Origin: an uncultured bacterium
Lineage (GTDB): Bacteria > SAR324 > NAC60-12
Length of the DNA: 20,897 nt
Reading direction: 5' to 3'
Assembly (NCBI GenBank): GCA_964010765.1
Contig: CAXGMD010000063.1
Span: 1 to 20,897, forward strand
The stretch's first letter is position 1; every line of letters begins with the position of its first letter. Below are positions 7,648-17,414 of the stretch, in pieces. Below the pieces are notes generated by a model that was given only the letters and a program-made list of their open reading frames with translations, made no database searches and was not told where the DNA came from. A program made the translations under genes and the position numbers.

Positions 7648-7665
7648 GGAGAGGTCTGCATCTTG
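7648..7665 (-). repeat. Right inverted repeat flanking the ParA cassette
   Basis: GGAGAGGTCTGCATCTTG, complementary to 6510-6520 plus 6529-6535. Confidence 0.6.
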
Positions 7666-7830
7666 CAGCAAGACATAAGATGGGGGTGAGCCCAGGTCTC
7701 ATGAGGCGCTTCCATTCGCCTGAAATAATGGGGGGCATTATTTCACGAAGATTGAATCACCAAAAGTGAGAGCACCCAGGTGATTCATCCATTTCTCACC
7801 TAGGCCCACATTCGACATCATGCAAGAACG
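7659..7830 (-). ncRNA. Candidate ~170-nt structured RNA element
   Basis: Stems at 7721-7730/7736-7745 (10 bp perfect), 7753-7761/7779-7787 (9 bp), 7687-7697/7798-7808 (11 bp with two G-U on the minus strand) and 7661-7667/7821-7827. Confidence 0.4.
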
Positions 7831-8077
7831 TTCCCTTTTTTTGAAAGTTCTTTAATTTTTGTTCTTAAACACTGTTTCGATTAGTTTTATTCGTTTTCAT
7901 AGAAATCTCCCAAGTCCCAATCTAGCCTTCTTTCGCTTGCCCATCCGTCACTCTTTGCCGAACAATTGACCACATCTAGAATTTCACGTTTCGGTTTTTT
8001 CACAAATTCCCTAGAATTCATTAGTCAGATTTCTTTCGCTCCTGTTCGTATTCCATTCCCGCAGATTGAATAGAGTT

Positions 8078-9895
8078 ATGAACCCAGACAGTCCTTTCAG
8101 TATTGGCATTGATCTAGGCACAACCAACAGCGCCCTGGCTTTCATTCATCATGAAGAAGCTGAAGGAAGCCAGATTCTCTCCATTCCTCAATTGATCGAT
8201 CGGAATTTGCTTGATGAGCTTCCGACGCTCCCTTCTTTCCTGTACTGCCCTTTGGAAGAGGAGTTCTCGAGTTTGCTAGGCCATTTACACTGGGAAACAG
8301 CCAACGAACATTTGGTTGGAACGGGAGCTCGAGTGCTGGGAGAGAAAACCCCCCAACGTCTGGTCAGTTCTGCCAAGTCTTGGCTTTGTCACCCAGAAGG
8401 TCAAAAACAAGCCATTCTACCGCTCTATGCACCAGAAGATCTGACAAAAATTTCTGCAGTTGATGCAGCGACAGCCTATCTACAGCACCTGCGAGAGGCC
8501 TGGGATGAAAGTCACCTACAGGAATTGATATCTGATCAACAGGTTACAATCACCGTTCCAGCTTCTTTCGATGCAGTTGCCAGGGAACTAACACTTCAAG
8601 CTGCCACAGCTGCAGGATTTTCAACGATCACCCTGCTGGAAGAACCCATTTCGGCTTTTTATGCCTGGCTTGCAGAGAACGGAGAAAATTGGCGGGAGCA
8701 AGTCAGCATTGGTGACTTGATTCTTGTTTGCGATATCGGAGGAGGTACCACTGATTTTAGCCTGATCCTTGTCCGCCAAGAAGAAGGCTCCCTCCAGCTT
8801 GATCGTATTGCAGTCGGAGATCATATCCTGTTGGGCGGCGACAATATGGATTTGACCCTAGCGCGGACTCTGCAACTAAAAATGCAGGAGGAAGGACGTC
8901 AATTGCAGCAATGGCAGTTTTTTGGTTTGGCACATTCATGTCGTAAGGCAAAAGAGCAACTGCTGCAGGATGCTGAATTGGACAGCGTTAGTGTTGTGGT
9001 ACCAGGTCGTGGAAGCCGTCTTGTGGGGGGAACCATTTCTTGTGAACTCACTCGCCAGGAACTGGAAGAAGCTTTGTTGGAAGGATTTTTTTCAACATGT
9101 GGTGTGGAAGACCGGCCAACTCAGCATACTCAACGCACAGGATTACGCACACTTGGTTTAAACTACGCCCAAGATTCTCGAATCCTCAGGCACCTAGCCC
9201 AGTTTCTTCATGAAAGCAGAAAGAGAATCGGTGATGAAGAGTTACCTGAAAACATCCTGAAGCAAGAGTTTCTTGCACCCTCTGCAATCCTGTTCAATGG
9301 GGGCGCTACGAAGGCTCCTCTGTTTAGAGATCGAATCGTTGAAACACTCAATGGTTGGCTAGAGACCATTGAACAACCCAGCCTAAAACTACTAGAGTTG
9401 AGCGACCCAGATCTTGCCGTGGCTCAAGGGGCTGCCTACTACGGTAGTGTACAGAGAGGCCTTGGCCTTCGTATTCGTAGCGCCAACACTTTCTCTTACT
9501 ACATTGGTGTTGAATCCACGATGCCAGCCATCCCAGGAATGCCTCCATTTATGAATGGGCTCTGCGTCGCACCATCTGGAATGGAAGAAGGCAGTGAGGT
9601 TCATTTACCAGGAATGGAATTCGGTTTGTTGGTTGGCGAAACTGCTCAGTTCCGCTTCTTCATCAGTCGGGAACGCAAAGACGAAGTTGGAGATCTTGTA
9701 GAAAATGCTGAAGAAGAGCTAGAAGAATTAGCCAGTTTGGAAGTCTGTCTAGAAATGGAAGATGCTACCGGATCACAGGTTGTTCCCGTACAGTTGCGAA
9801 CACTACTGACAGAAGTGGGTGCTCTGGAACTGTGGTGTGAGAAGACCGATGGATCACAGCAATGGAAACTAGAATTCAATCTACGCAATGAATAA
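8078..9895 (+). CDS. Hsp70/DnaK-related protein (atypical, not canonical DnaK)
   Basis: IGIDLGTTNS, TITVPASFD..R, LLEEP..A, CDIGGGTTDFS, LLGGDNMD, LFNGG; C-terminus is not a canonical substrate-binding domain. ATG 8078 preferred. Confidence 0.9.
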   Translation: MNPDSPFSIGIDLGTTNSALAFIHHEEAEGSQILSIPQLIDRNLLDELPTLPSFLYCPLEEEFSSLLGHLHWETANEHLVGTGARVLGEKTPQRLVSSAKSWLCHPEGQKQAILPLYAPEDLTKISAVDAATAYLQHLREAWDESHLQELISDQQVTITVPASFDAVARELTLQAATAAGFSTITLLEEPISAFYAWLAENGENWREQVSIGDLILVCDIGGGTTDFSLILVRQEEGSLQLDRIAVGDHILLGGDNMDLTLARTLQLKMQEEGRQLQQWQFFGLAHSCRKAKEQLLQDAELDSVSVVVPGRGSRLVGGTISCELTRQELEEALLEGFFSTCGVEDRPTQHTQRTGLRTLGLNYAQDSRILRHLAQFLHESRKRIGDEELPENILKQEFLAPSAILFNGGATKAPLFRDRIVETLNGWLETIEQPSLKLLELSDPDLAVAQGAAYYGSVQRGLGLRIRSANTFSYYIGVESTMPAIPGMPPFMNGLCVAPSGMEEGSEVHLPGMEFGLLVGETAQFRFFISRERKDEVGDLVENAEEELEELASLEVCLEMEDATGSQVVPVQLRTLLTEVGALELWCEKTDGSQQWKLEFNLRNE

Positions 9896-9897
9896 TG

Positions 9898-10782
9898 TCA
9901 GGTTAGTGTGAGAGAATCCTCCAATGGATTTGCTAGATCCAATGGTTGGATCTCAACAAAATGAAGCAAATCCGTACGGAGTTTGACCAAGGCAAATTGC
10001 TGAAACAGATCGCCAGCAAAATGCTTACGCAGGAACTGACGCAGAATTGTGTGCTCAGGTTGAAGCAAAACACGATCACAGAGACTTAGGTATTCTACCT
10101 GACGAATATCAATAAACTGCTCAACCTGATCCATATTCGTCTCACCAGGCTCCGAAGACAATCCAGCGAAATGCAGGCTTACTCGATGGCATAGGTCTTC
10201 AAGTAAATTACCATAGAGGACAAGGCTCTCCAGGAAAGAAAAATCCCGCAGCATCAGTTCGTGTATTGCCTCACACTTGGTGTAGAACAGACTCGCCTGA
10301 ATCTGTCCATGATCGTTGAACAGCTTGCGCTGATTGACATTGTACTCTCTCAAATTGCTGAGGTGCAGCAATAGCAATTGACTGGTATGATCCCAACATG
10401 CTTTGCGCTCCTCCAGAATCTGCCCCACCTGTACGGCGCGTTTTAACAAACTCTGGATCAATTCCAATGGCAAATCCAGAGCAACACAATGAGCCAAAGT
10501 GAACGGTCGCTTGGTCCCTCGAATACCCGGCATCGCTGGTCGCCAAGCCCAAAATGGGGTCCGGGCCATCTCCAACAATCCCCCAAAGGGCATCTCCTTT
10601 TGTTGCTTCCAATGTTCACAAAGACGCTCGCGCAGTCGCTCATCCTGAACCAGGTTGATCCGGCGACGACCTTTGCGATCACGGAGTCCATCTAAAGAAA
10701 AAACATGTGGCAATAAGTCCGCAAGAGGTGCTTCGCCAGCAAAATTCCGGTTTGCAGGATGGTGCTGCAAGTTTTCCGTCAT
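9898..10782 (-). CDS. Hypothetical protein (294 aa)
   Basis: Long ORF that exactly fills the gap between neighbours; no motif recognised. Confidence 0.7.
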   Translation of the reverse strand: MTENLQHHPANRNFAGEAPLADLLPHVFSLDGLRDRKGRRRINLVQDERLRERLCEHWKQQKEMPFGGLLEMARTPFWAWRPAMPGIRGTKRPFTLAHCVALDLPLELIQSLLKRAVQVGQILEERKACWDHTSQLLLLHLSNLREYNVNQRKLFNDHGQIQASLFYTKCEAIHELMLRDFSFLESLVLYGNLLEDLCHRVSLHFAGLSSEPGETNMDQVEQFIDIRQVEYLSLCDRVLLQPEHTILRQFLRKHFAGDLFQQFALVKLRTDLLHFVEIQPLDLANPLEDSLTLT

Positions 10783-10925
10783 AGTTCCGTATATTTCTGG
10801 TTTGTGTTAGTTTTTGGTTTATAATGTTCTTTACAAAGATGAACTTGCTTCAATTTGGTCAAGTCAGGTTGGTTTCCGGGAATTTATCACATCCACATTC
10901 TGTCCCGTTTACATCCAAAAGTGCT

Positions 10926-11954
10926 ATGCCTACAAATTCAACCCCCCCACTCGTCACAGCCTTACGGAAAAAAGATGCCTACCTCGATTTTGTCAGTAAG
11001 ATCCGATTTCAAGAGACGGTCTCTTCCTATCTATTCAAAGCTGGTGATCACTTTTACAAGATCAAGAAGGCTGATAGTGAACACACAAGTTTAGCGGTTA
11101 AACAGGCTTTTTGCCAAGAGGAAGCCAAATTACTACATCGGCTCAATGGAGAAGAATTACAGGCCGAAGTACTTCCTGTTTATCAGAATGGGAAAAGTTT
11201 CAGCTACAAGAATGAAGCCGGAGCCACAGCTGTAGACTACGCTCTCAAAACAACTGCGCTGAGCGAACGCAACCTGGTGAGTCATCTGCTGGATCAGAAA
11301 AAACTCTCACTGATTGCTGTTGGACGAATCGCCCGCAAACTCGCTCAAGCACACTCAGATTTCCCCGTAAACGACAAGACCGCACACGAACGAGGACGGG
11401 CGGGTGTACTGCGTTCGCTGTGCGAAGACATGCTTTATCAGATGAAACGTCACTTGGACGAGTCATTCACCCAACCTATTCGGGATATGATTCGTCATCC
11501 ACTTGATAAATTTTTCGATGAGCAAAATCGGCTTTTTCAGCGCCGAATTCGTAAACATCGAATCGTTGAGGGACATGGTGCACTGCTGCCTGAGCACATC
11601 CATGTTAAGGGCCAGACTGTAATATTTCTAAGCCCTCAGGAAGCCCAGAAAAAGTATGCAATACTAGATGCTGCCAACGATGTGGCAACCTTCTCTGTAG
11701 AGTTGTTACGCCAACAAGAAGAAGAGTTGAATAGTAGTTTTCTGGATCGGTACCTACGTAGTTCTCGGGATCGTACCGACATGAAGCCCTTGCTCCCTGT
11801 CTATCAAATGTACGCCGCGCTCAGATTGGGGGTCACCAATTGTGAGATGCGCACAGCAATGGCTTGGTCAGAAGAAGAACGCGAAGCGTTTCAACAGAAG
11901 GCCGTACAGTACTTCAATATTGCTGTCCGTTTTGCTCGGCAACTACCTCACTAA
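10926..11954 (+). CDS. Aminoglycoside-phosphotransferase-like protein (COG2187 N-terminal type), probably catalytically degenerate
   Basis: ET.SS..F.AGDHFYKIKK, FCQEE..L..RL, DYALK, IVEGHG, D...DVA.F match the family layout, but HGD is HGA. Start is ATG 10926 or 10824. Confidence 0.72.
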   Translation: MPTNSTPPLVTALRKKDAYLDFVSKIRFQETVSSYLFKAGDHFYKIKKADSEHTSLAVKQAFCQEEAKLLHRLNGEELQAEVLPVYQNGKSFSYKNEAGATAVDYALKTTALSERNLVSHLLDQKKLSLIAVGRIARKLAQAHSDFPVNDKTAHERGRAGVLRSLCEDMLYQMKRHLDESFTQPIRDMIRHPLDKFFDEQNRLFQRRIRKHRIVEGHGALLPEHIHVKGQTVIFLSPQEAQKKYAILDAANDVATFSVELLRQQEEELNSSFLDRYLRSSRDRTDMKPLLPVYQMYAALRLGVTNCEMRTAMAWSEEEREAFQQKAVQYFNIAVRFARQLPH

Positions 11955-12011
11955 TCATCGTCAATCCCAACAAACCATCGTTCCCTCTATTTTCGACTAA
12001 AATCCAGTGTA

Positions 12012-13430
12012 ATGAGCCATTTCGTCCAAAAATTTGGTGGCACCAGCCTTGGCACAGCCGAGCGCATGAAAGGGGTCGCTCAAATCATAGTAGACCATCT
12101 AAAACAATACCACCGAGTCACTGCTGTCGTTTCGGCGATGAGCAGCTATAACAAGGCAGAAGGAACCACTAGTAGGCTATTGGAAGCTGGAAATTTAGCG
12201 CTCAGTGGGGGGCCCTTCTATCGAATGATTGACCTGGTAGAGGAAAGCCACAACGAGGCTTTCAGCAAGGCTGTTCGCAATCCAGAAATTCAGGAACAAC
12301 TACGAGAATTTGTTCATCGAGAATTGCGTTCGCTGAAGTCCTTTCTGGAAGCAATCCACGTAATTCGAGAGATTTCACCACGTAGCCAAGACCTGATTGT
12401 TGGTACTGGAGAGCGTCTTTCTGCGCGATTGTTAAGTGGAGTGCTTCAAGACTTGGGAATTGACGCTGAATACGTTGATTTATCTGAAGCCCTTCCAGAA
12501 GGCGAGCCCACCCCCGAAGGACGCGCACTTTTTCCTTACCTACAGCATCAATTTAAGCAGTACTTGCCTCAGGAGACAGGGCGGACTGCGGTGATCACAG
12601 GATTTTTTGGCTTTGTTCCTGGAGGAATCATTGATCGTGTCGGTAGAGGGTACACTGACCTAACCGCTGCCCTGATCGCTGCAGAGACCAAAGCCGATGA
12701 ATTACAGGTCTGGAAAGAAGTTGATGGAATTTATTCCGCAGATCCTCGCAAGGTACCTACAGCCTCTGTACTACCAGAAATTTCACCAGCTGAAGCTGCC
12801 GAACTGACGTATTTTGGCTCTGAAGTACTACATCCCTTTACCATGGAGTGTGCCATCAAGGCCAACGTACCAATTCGAATCAAAAACACCTTTCACCCAG
12901 AGAAACCCGGCACCATCATCGTCCCTGGCAAGTTGACCGAACAGAGAAGACAGCGGAATCAAACAGCTGTGGCGGTCACAACCAAACACCATGTCAGCAT
13001 CCTCAATATTCACTCAAACCGCATGCTGAATTCGACCGGCTTCATGGCGCAGGTATTTGAGCTATTCAAGAAGCATCGAGTCGTGATTGACTTAATTTCA
13101 ACATCAGAAGTCAACATCTCCTGTACGGTTGACCGCTTGGATAATATTCAGTCACTGATTCACGACATGGAGGAATTCGCCGATGTAACCCTGATTCGTG
13201 ACCGAGCAATACTGAGTTTGGTGGGAGAGGGGATGCACTACGCTAAGGGTACTGCAGGACGGATGTTTATGGCGCTGGCCCAGCAACAAATAAACCTGGA
13301 GATGATCACTCAGGGCGCTTCTGAGATCAACATCTCCTGCGTAATCCGGCAAGAGGACGCCCCAGAAGCATTACGCGTCATTCACCAGACCTTCTTGGAG
13401 TCAAATACGGGGACCAATGCGAGCAGTTGA
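12012..13430 (+). CDS. lysC: Aspartate kinase with two ACT domains
   Basis: VQKFGGTS, GERLSA, GRGYTD, DGIYSADPR, EAAELTYFGSEVLHP; ACT motifs DLISTSE and QGASEINISCVI. Confidence 0.95.
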   Translation: MSHFVQKFGGTSLGTAERMKGVAQIIVDHLKQYHRVTAVVSAMSSYNKAEGTTSRLLEAGNLALSGGPFYRMIDLVEESHNEAFSKAVRNPEIQEQLREFVHRELRSLKSFLEAIHVIREISPRSQDLIVGTGERLSARLLSGVLQDLGIDAEYVDLSEALPEGEPTPEGRALFPYLQHQFKQYLPQETGRTAVITGFFGFVPGGIIDRVGRGYTDLTAALIAAETKADELQVWKEVDGIYSADPRKVPTASVLPEISPAEAAELTYFGSEVLHPFTMECAIKANVPIRIKNTFHPEKPGTIIVPGKLTEQRRQRNQTAVAVTTKHHVSILNIHSNRMLNSTGFMAQVFELFKKHRVVIDLISTSEVNISCTVDRLDNIQSLIHDMEEFADVTLIRDRAILSLVGEGMHYAKGTAGRMFMALAQQQINLEMITQGASEINISCVIRQEDAPEALRVIHQTFLESNTGTNASS

Positions 13431-14061
13431 GCGTGAGCAGTTTTTTCAGAATCTCAGCAAAGCGATTCCAGAACCTATCACAGAATTACAACATGCAAAC
13501 ACCTTCGAACTTCTGATCGCTATCATCCTCAGTGCACAAACGACAGATGCAGCGGTCAACAAGGTCACTCCCTCTCTCTTTGGCAGTTATCCTACTCCAC
13601 AAAAACTTGCTCAGGCTGCACCAGAAGACGTATTGGCCCATATCAAGACTATCGGTCTTGCTCCCACTAAAGCCAAAAACATTGTTAAAACTGCCCGACA
13701 GCTTTGCGAGCAGCATCAAGGAGGAATTCCCGAAAACTCTGAAGCTCTGCAAGCCTTGCCCGGTGTGGGACGCAAAACTGCAAATGTCCTTTTGAACACT
13801 GCCTTCGGGCATCCTGTGATTGCCGTCGACACTCACGTCTTTCGAGTTTCTAACCGCACAGGATTGGCGCGTGGAAAAACGGTGGAAGAAGTCGAGCGCA
13901 AACTAGCTCGTAATGTTCCTCCAAATTGGCGCAAGGATGCACATCACTACCTGATTTTGCAGGGCCGCTACACATGCAAAGCACGAAAGCCTCTTTGTGG
14001 ACAGTGTCCAGTGCTTAATGAATGTTCTTTTCCAGGCAAGGAAATTGAGAGGGTGAGCTGA
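13417..14061 (+). CDS. nth: Endonuclease III
   Basis: FELLIA.ILSAQTTD, HhH motif LPGVGRKTANV, AVDTHV.RV, and 4Fe-4S motif C-x6-C-x2-C-x5-C. Confidence 0.97.
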   Translation: MRAVEREQFFQNLSKAIPEPITELQHANTFELLIAIILSAQTTDAAVNKVTPSLFGSYPTPQKLAQAAPEDVLAHIKTIGLAPTKAKNIVKTARQLCEQHQGGIPENSEALQALPGVGRKTANVLLNTAFGHPVIAVDTHVFRVSNRTGLARGKTVEEVERKLARNVPPNWRKDAHHYLILQGRYTCKARKPLCGQCPVLNECSFPGKEIERVS

Positions 14062-14075
14062 CTTGAGCCAAGATC

Positions 14076-14130
14076 TGTTCTGAAATCTGACTGCGATCTG
14101 CAGTCTTGTTCAGTCAGAACATCATTGTTT
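14076..14130. terminator. Hairpin between convergent genes (possible terminator)
   Basis: TGTTCTGA (14076-14083)/TCAGAACA (14114-14121) encloses GACTGC/GCAGTC; weak T-tract downstream. Confidence 0.4.
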
Positions 14131-14169
14131 CAAACTTCAGGGACTAACTCAGGAGGCAGAAGTTATTAC

Positions 14170-15219
14170 TCAGGGCTGAGCAATAAAAGGATAGGCAATT
14201 CCACTGTAGAAGAAATAGGGACTTAGGGCCAGATTGTCAGCAAGTTCCAGAAGATAATCATCTGTTGGTTCTTGATAGTCCTGCCTGCGAATCGTCCAGT
14301 TACGATTCTCTTCTTGGAAGCGTAGGTCATACACTCCAAAATCCAGTAGCGCCCGCTGATCCTCCAGATTCCAATACAAGATATCCGCAGCAAATTCCCG
14401 TCGTTGATCCGTACTGCGCACTGCGATTCGGTCTCCTTGCAGCAGGAGTTCATACTGAACCAATCGAGGTGGGTTCCATTCCTGCGGGTTTTGTTGACGC
14501 AACAGCATTCGAGAACGATCAGAAATCAAGTATCTTGATGGCACCATGGTTGTTGGAAAATCAAGCTGTCCTTGGACGCGCAATGGTTGAATTTCTCGAA
14601 AATCAATGAACTTTTGATATTCTCGACGAGAGAGACCAGAAGGCTCACTTCGTACCAGTTGTAGTCCAATGGATTGCACTGAATATTGAGCAAAGATTTG
14701 AGGATTTTGACGATAGGTCAAATCTTCTACAAAAAAGATCCCACTCTCGCTTGAAATCGGCGCTGAGATTGTTTTGCCAGCAGGGGTGTTAAAACGTATT
14801 TGCAACTGCATTTCATCCGCGAGCCTCACATTTGTTTGAAGCTGTTCAAACTCGAACTGCACCCGACCGCTGAGCAAGGCATGTGACCATAGCTTTTCTT
14901 CTTCGGCAGCCTCTGCCAAGTCAGGATCCTGCTGACGAACAGCTTGCAACCGAGCAAAGGCTTTCACTCCTTCCCCAGCAGCTAGGTACTCCCGATAGCG
15001 CTGGAGGTTTTCCTGAGCAACCTGACGGTTCGCTCGTTGGAGAGCTTCATGATAGACCGAATTGTCCGGATTGGCGACAACGGCTTCCCTGTAGGAGATC
15101 GAAGCTTCTTCCCAACGTTCTTCCGCTTCCAACCGTACTCCCTGATCGTAAGCAAACGAGCATCCCAACAGGGGTAGGCTCAATAACAAAAGTAATGGGC
15201 GTTTCCAGAATCGTCGCAC
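14170..15219 (-). CDS. Putative lipoprotein with TPR-like N-terminal region
   Basis: GTG at 15219 after SD GGAG, right behind the guaB stop. Signal peptide RRFWKRPLLLLLSLPLLGC with lipobox LLGC; AYDQG...WEEA...YREAV..NPDN is TPR-like. Confidence 0.75.
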   Translation of the reverse strand: MRRFWKRPLLLLLSLPLLGCSFAYDQGVRLEAEERWEEASISYREAVVANPDNSVYHEALQRANRQVAQENLQRYREYLAAGEGVKAFARLQAVRQQDPDLAEAAEEEKLWSHALLSGRVQFEFEQLQTNVRLADEMQLQIRFNTPAGKTISAPISSESGIFFVEDLTYRQNPQIFAQYSVQSIGLQLVRSEPSGLSRREYQKFIDFREIQPLRVQGQLDFPTTMVPSRYLISDRSRMLLRQQNPQEWNPPRLVQYELLLQGDRIAVRSTDQRREFAADILYWNLEDQRALLDFGVYDLRFQEENRNWTIRRQDYQEPTDDYLLELADNLALSPYFFYSGIAYPFIAQP

Positions 15220-15220
15220 G

Positions 15221-16696
15221 TCACTCCACCTGAGAAATTGGATAATTTGGAGCCTCTTCCGTGATGAGGACATCATGAACATGGCTCTCCCGTAGTCCAG
15301 CCGAAGTGATTCGGACGAATTGTGCCTGTTCTTGCAACTCTGTAATATTTCGACAGCCAGTGTATCCCATTCCAGAACGCAATCCTCCTACAAACTGATA
15401 GACCATTTCTGCCAGTGATCCTTTGAACGGCACTCGGCCTTCAATCCCTTCTGGTACTAGTTTTGATTCTTCAATATTGTTCTGGAAATAGCGGTCTTTA
15501 CTGCCTTCCTTCATCGCACCCATTGATCCCATTCCACGATACAGCTTGTATCGACGACCCTGATAAAGAATCACTTGACCTGGGGTTTCTGCGGTTCCAG
15601 CAAATAAGCTACCGATCATTACGGAGTCTGCACCGGCCGCCAGAGCTTTCACAATATCACCAGAGTACTTAATTCCTCCATCGGCAATTACAGGAATCCC
15701 GTAACGTCTCGCCACGCTTGCTGACTCACTGATTGCTGTAATTTGGGGCACACCAATACCAGCAACTACTCTCGTTGTACAAATTGAGCCTGGCCCAATT
15801 CCGATTTTGACAGCATCAACTCCTGCCTTGATCAGTGCCTCACAACCAGAGGCAGTAGCAATATTTCCTGCAACAATTTCTAGTTCCGGAAAAGTTTCAC
15901 GAAGTTCTCGGATGCTTTGCAGGACCTTACTAGAATGACCATGTGCTGTATCCAGCACAACCAGATCAACCCCTTTGCTGATCAATGCCGCCGTGCGTTC
16001 CATCAAATCTCGACTTGTACTCACAGCAGCACCAACCCTTAGACGTCCTCGATCATCTTTGTTGGCATTTGGATATTTGCGGGATTTTTCAATGTCCTTG
16101 ATCGTGATCAAACCAAGCAGATCATAGCCTTCTGAAACAACAAGTAACTTCTCGATGCGATGAGCATGCAACAGAGTTTTTGCTTCCTCGAGATCAATTC
16201 CTGGAGAGACCGTGACTAGTCGATCCCGCCCACTAGTCATCACAGAGCCCACTTTTTGATCCAAATTGGTCTCAAAACGTAGATCTCGATTCGTCAGAAT
16301 ACCAACCAACTCCGTGCCACGGGTTACAGGAACTCCAGAGATGCGATAGCGCTCCATCAACTGTAGGGCATCTTTCAATGGCTGTTCGGGCTCGACTGTG
16401 ATCGGATCAGAGATCATCCCACTCTCTGATCGTTTGACTCGGTCAACCTGAGCGGCTTGCTCCTCCACACTCATGTTCTTATGAATCACTCCAAGACCAC
16501 CCTCCTGAGCCATACTGATAGCCACTTGGTGTTCTGTAACCGTGTCCATTGCCGCACTCAGCAGAGGAATGTTACAATCCAAGTGTCGGGTCAGCCGAGT
16601 TTGAACAGAGACTTCGTGAGGCAGGATGTCTGAGTAGGCGGGTACAAGAAGAACGTCATCGAAGGTCAAACCTTCCGTAATGCGATTCTGCAGCAT
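15221..16696 (-). CDS. guaB: IMP dehydrogenase
   Basis: [21 protein letters not shown] pair, catalytic [32 protein letters not shown] 16696 follows SD AAGGA. Confidence 0.98.
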   Translation of the reverse strand: MLQNRITEGLTFDDVLLVPAYSDILPHEVSVQTRLTRHLDCNIPLLSAAMDTVTEHQVAISMAQEGGLGVIHKNMSVEEQAAQVDRVKRSESGMISDPITVEPEQPLKDALQLMERYRISGVPVTRGTELVGILTNRDLRFETNLDQKVGSVMTSGRDRLVTVSPGIDLEEAKTLLHAHRIEKLLVVSEGYDLLGLITIKDIEKSRKYPNANKDDRGRLRVGAAVSTSRDLMERTAALISKGVDLVVLDTAHGHSSKVLQSIRELRETFPELEIVAGNIATASGCEALIKAGVDAVKIGIGPGSICTTRVVAGIGVPQITAISESASVARRYGIPVIADGGIKYSGDIVKALAAGADSVMIGSLFAGTAETPGQVILYQGRRYKLYRGMGSMGAMKEGSKDRYFQNNIEESKLVPEGIEGRVPFKGSLAEMVYQFVGGLRSGMGYTGCRNITELQEQAQFVRITSAGLRESHVHDVLITEEAPNYPISQVE

Positions 16697-16912
16697 AAGC
16701 TTCCTTTTTACAGCACAGCCAGAGGTGCCGGCCAGCATCCATGGGGCAAGAAAATTCTCCTAATTTCGCACAACAAACTACAGAACTCAATCAAATTCCC
16801 AGTTTACTGCACAATCTCACCTAACCAAGAGTAGGAAAAAAACTTGTCAAAAAACCATGAACTCGATATTAATTTCTGTTTTACATTCTTCTACCCCTAA
16901 TGAGTTGCGCAG

Positions 16913-17047
16913 ATGAAGCGAACCTACCAACCCAACAATCGTCGGCGTAAAATGAAGCACGGCTTCCGTGCACGGATGGCGACAAAAAATGGTCAAGCCA
17001 TCATCAAGCGACGACGAGCCAAGGGACGCAAGCGACTGTCCGCTTAG
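16913..17047 (+). CDS. rpmH: 50S ribosomal protein L34
   Basis: Manual translation [44 protein letters not shown] (44 aa); below the ORF-track cutoff. Confidence 0.98.
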   Translation: MKRTYQPNNRRRKMKHGFRARMATKNGQAIIKRRRAKGRKRLSA

Positions 17048-17409
17048 TGGATTCAAGGCGTTATCCAAAGCGGGTACGCCTTTGCGGTCGGAGTGAGGTG
17101 GCCCGAATTTTTCAGCATGGGAACTACCGAGGATTAGGACTAATCAGCATCAAGTACCTTACTAGTTCTAGTTCGGAGAGCCGCTTTCTGGTAACGGTGA
17201 GTAAGCGCGTAGGACATGCACCTTTGCGGAATCGACTGAAACGTTTGCTTCGAGAAGCAATTCGCCATCACCGACACCAAATCTGCCAGCCTGTTAATGT
17301 CTGCTTCATGATCACTAAAAAACCACAACGCCCCGTGGAGCAGGCTTACATTGAGAGTTCGGTTCACCAAGCTTTCCGATTTCTTAACGCCCAGACTGCT
17401 GAAGATTAA
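17047..17409 (+). CDS. rnpA: Ribonuclease P protein component
   Basis: [29 protein letters not shown] (RNR motif); located between rpmH and yidD. Confidence 0.95.
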   Translation: MDSRRYPKRVRLCGRSEVARIFQHGNYRGLGLISIKYLTSSSSESRFLVTVSKRVGHAPLRNRLKRLLREAIRHHRHQICQPVNVCFMITKKPQRPVEQAYIESSVHQAFRFLNAQTAED

Positions 17410-17414
17410 CCAGC

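Noticed and set aside
7976..8020. Short direct repeat CTAGAATT(T)CA upstream of the Hsp70-like gene
   Set aside because: Only two short copies; not a CIRCE element and too weak to call an operator or centromere.
16847..17068. 73-aa minus-strand ORF
   Set aside because: Antisense shadow of rpmH.
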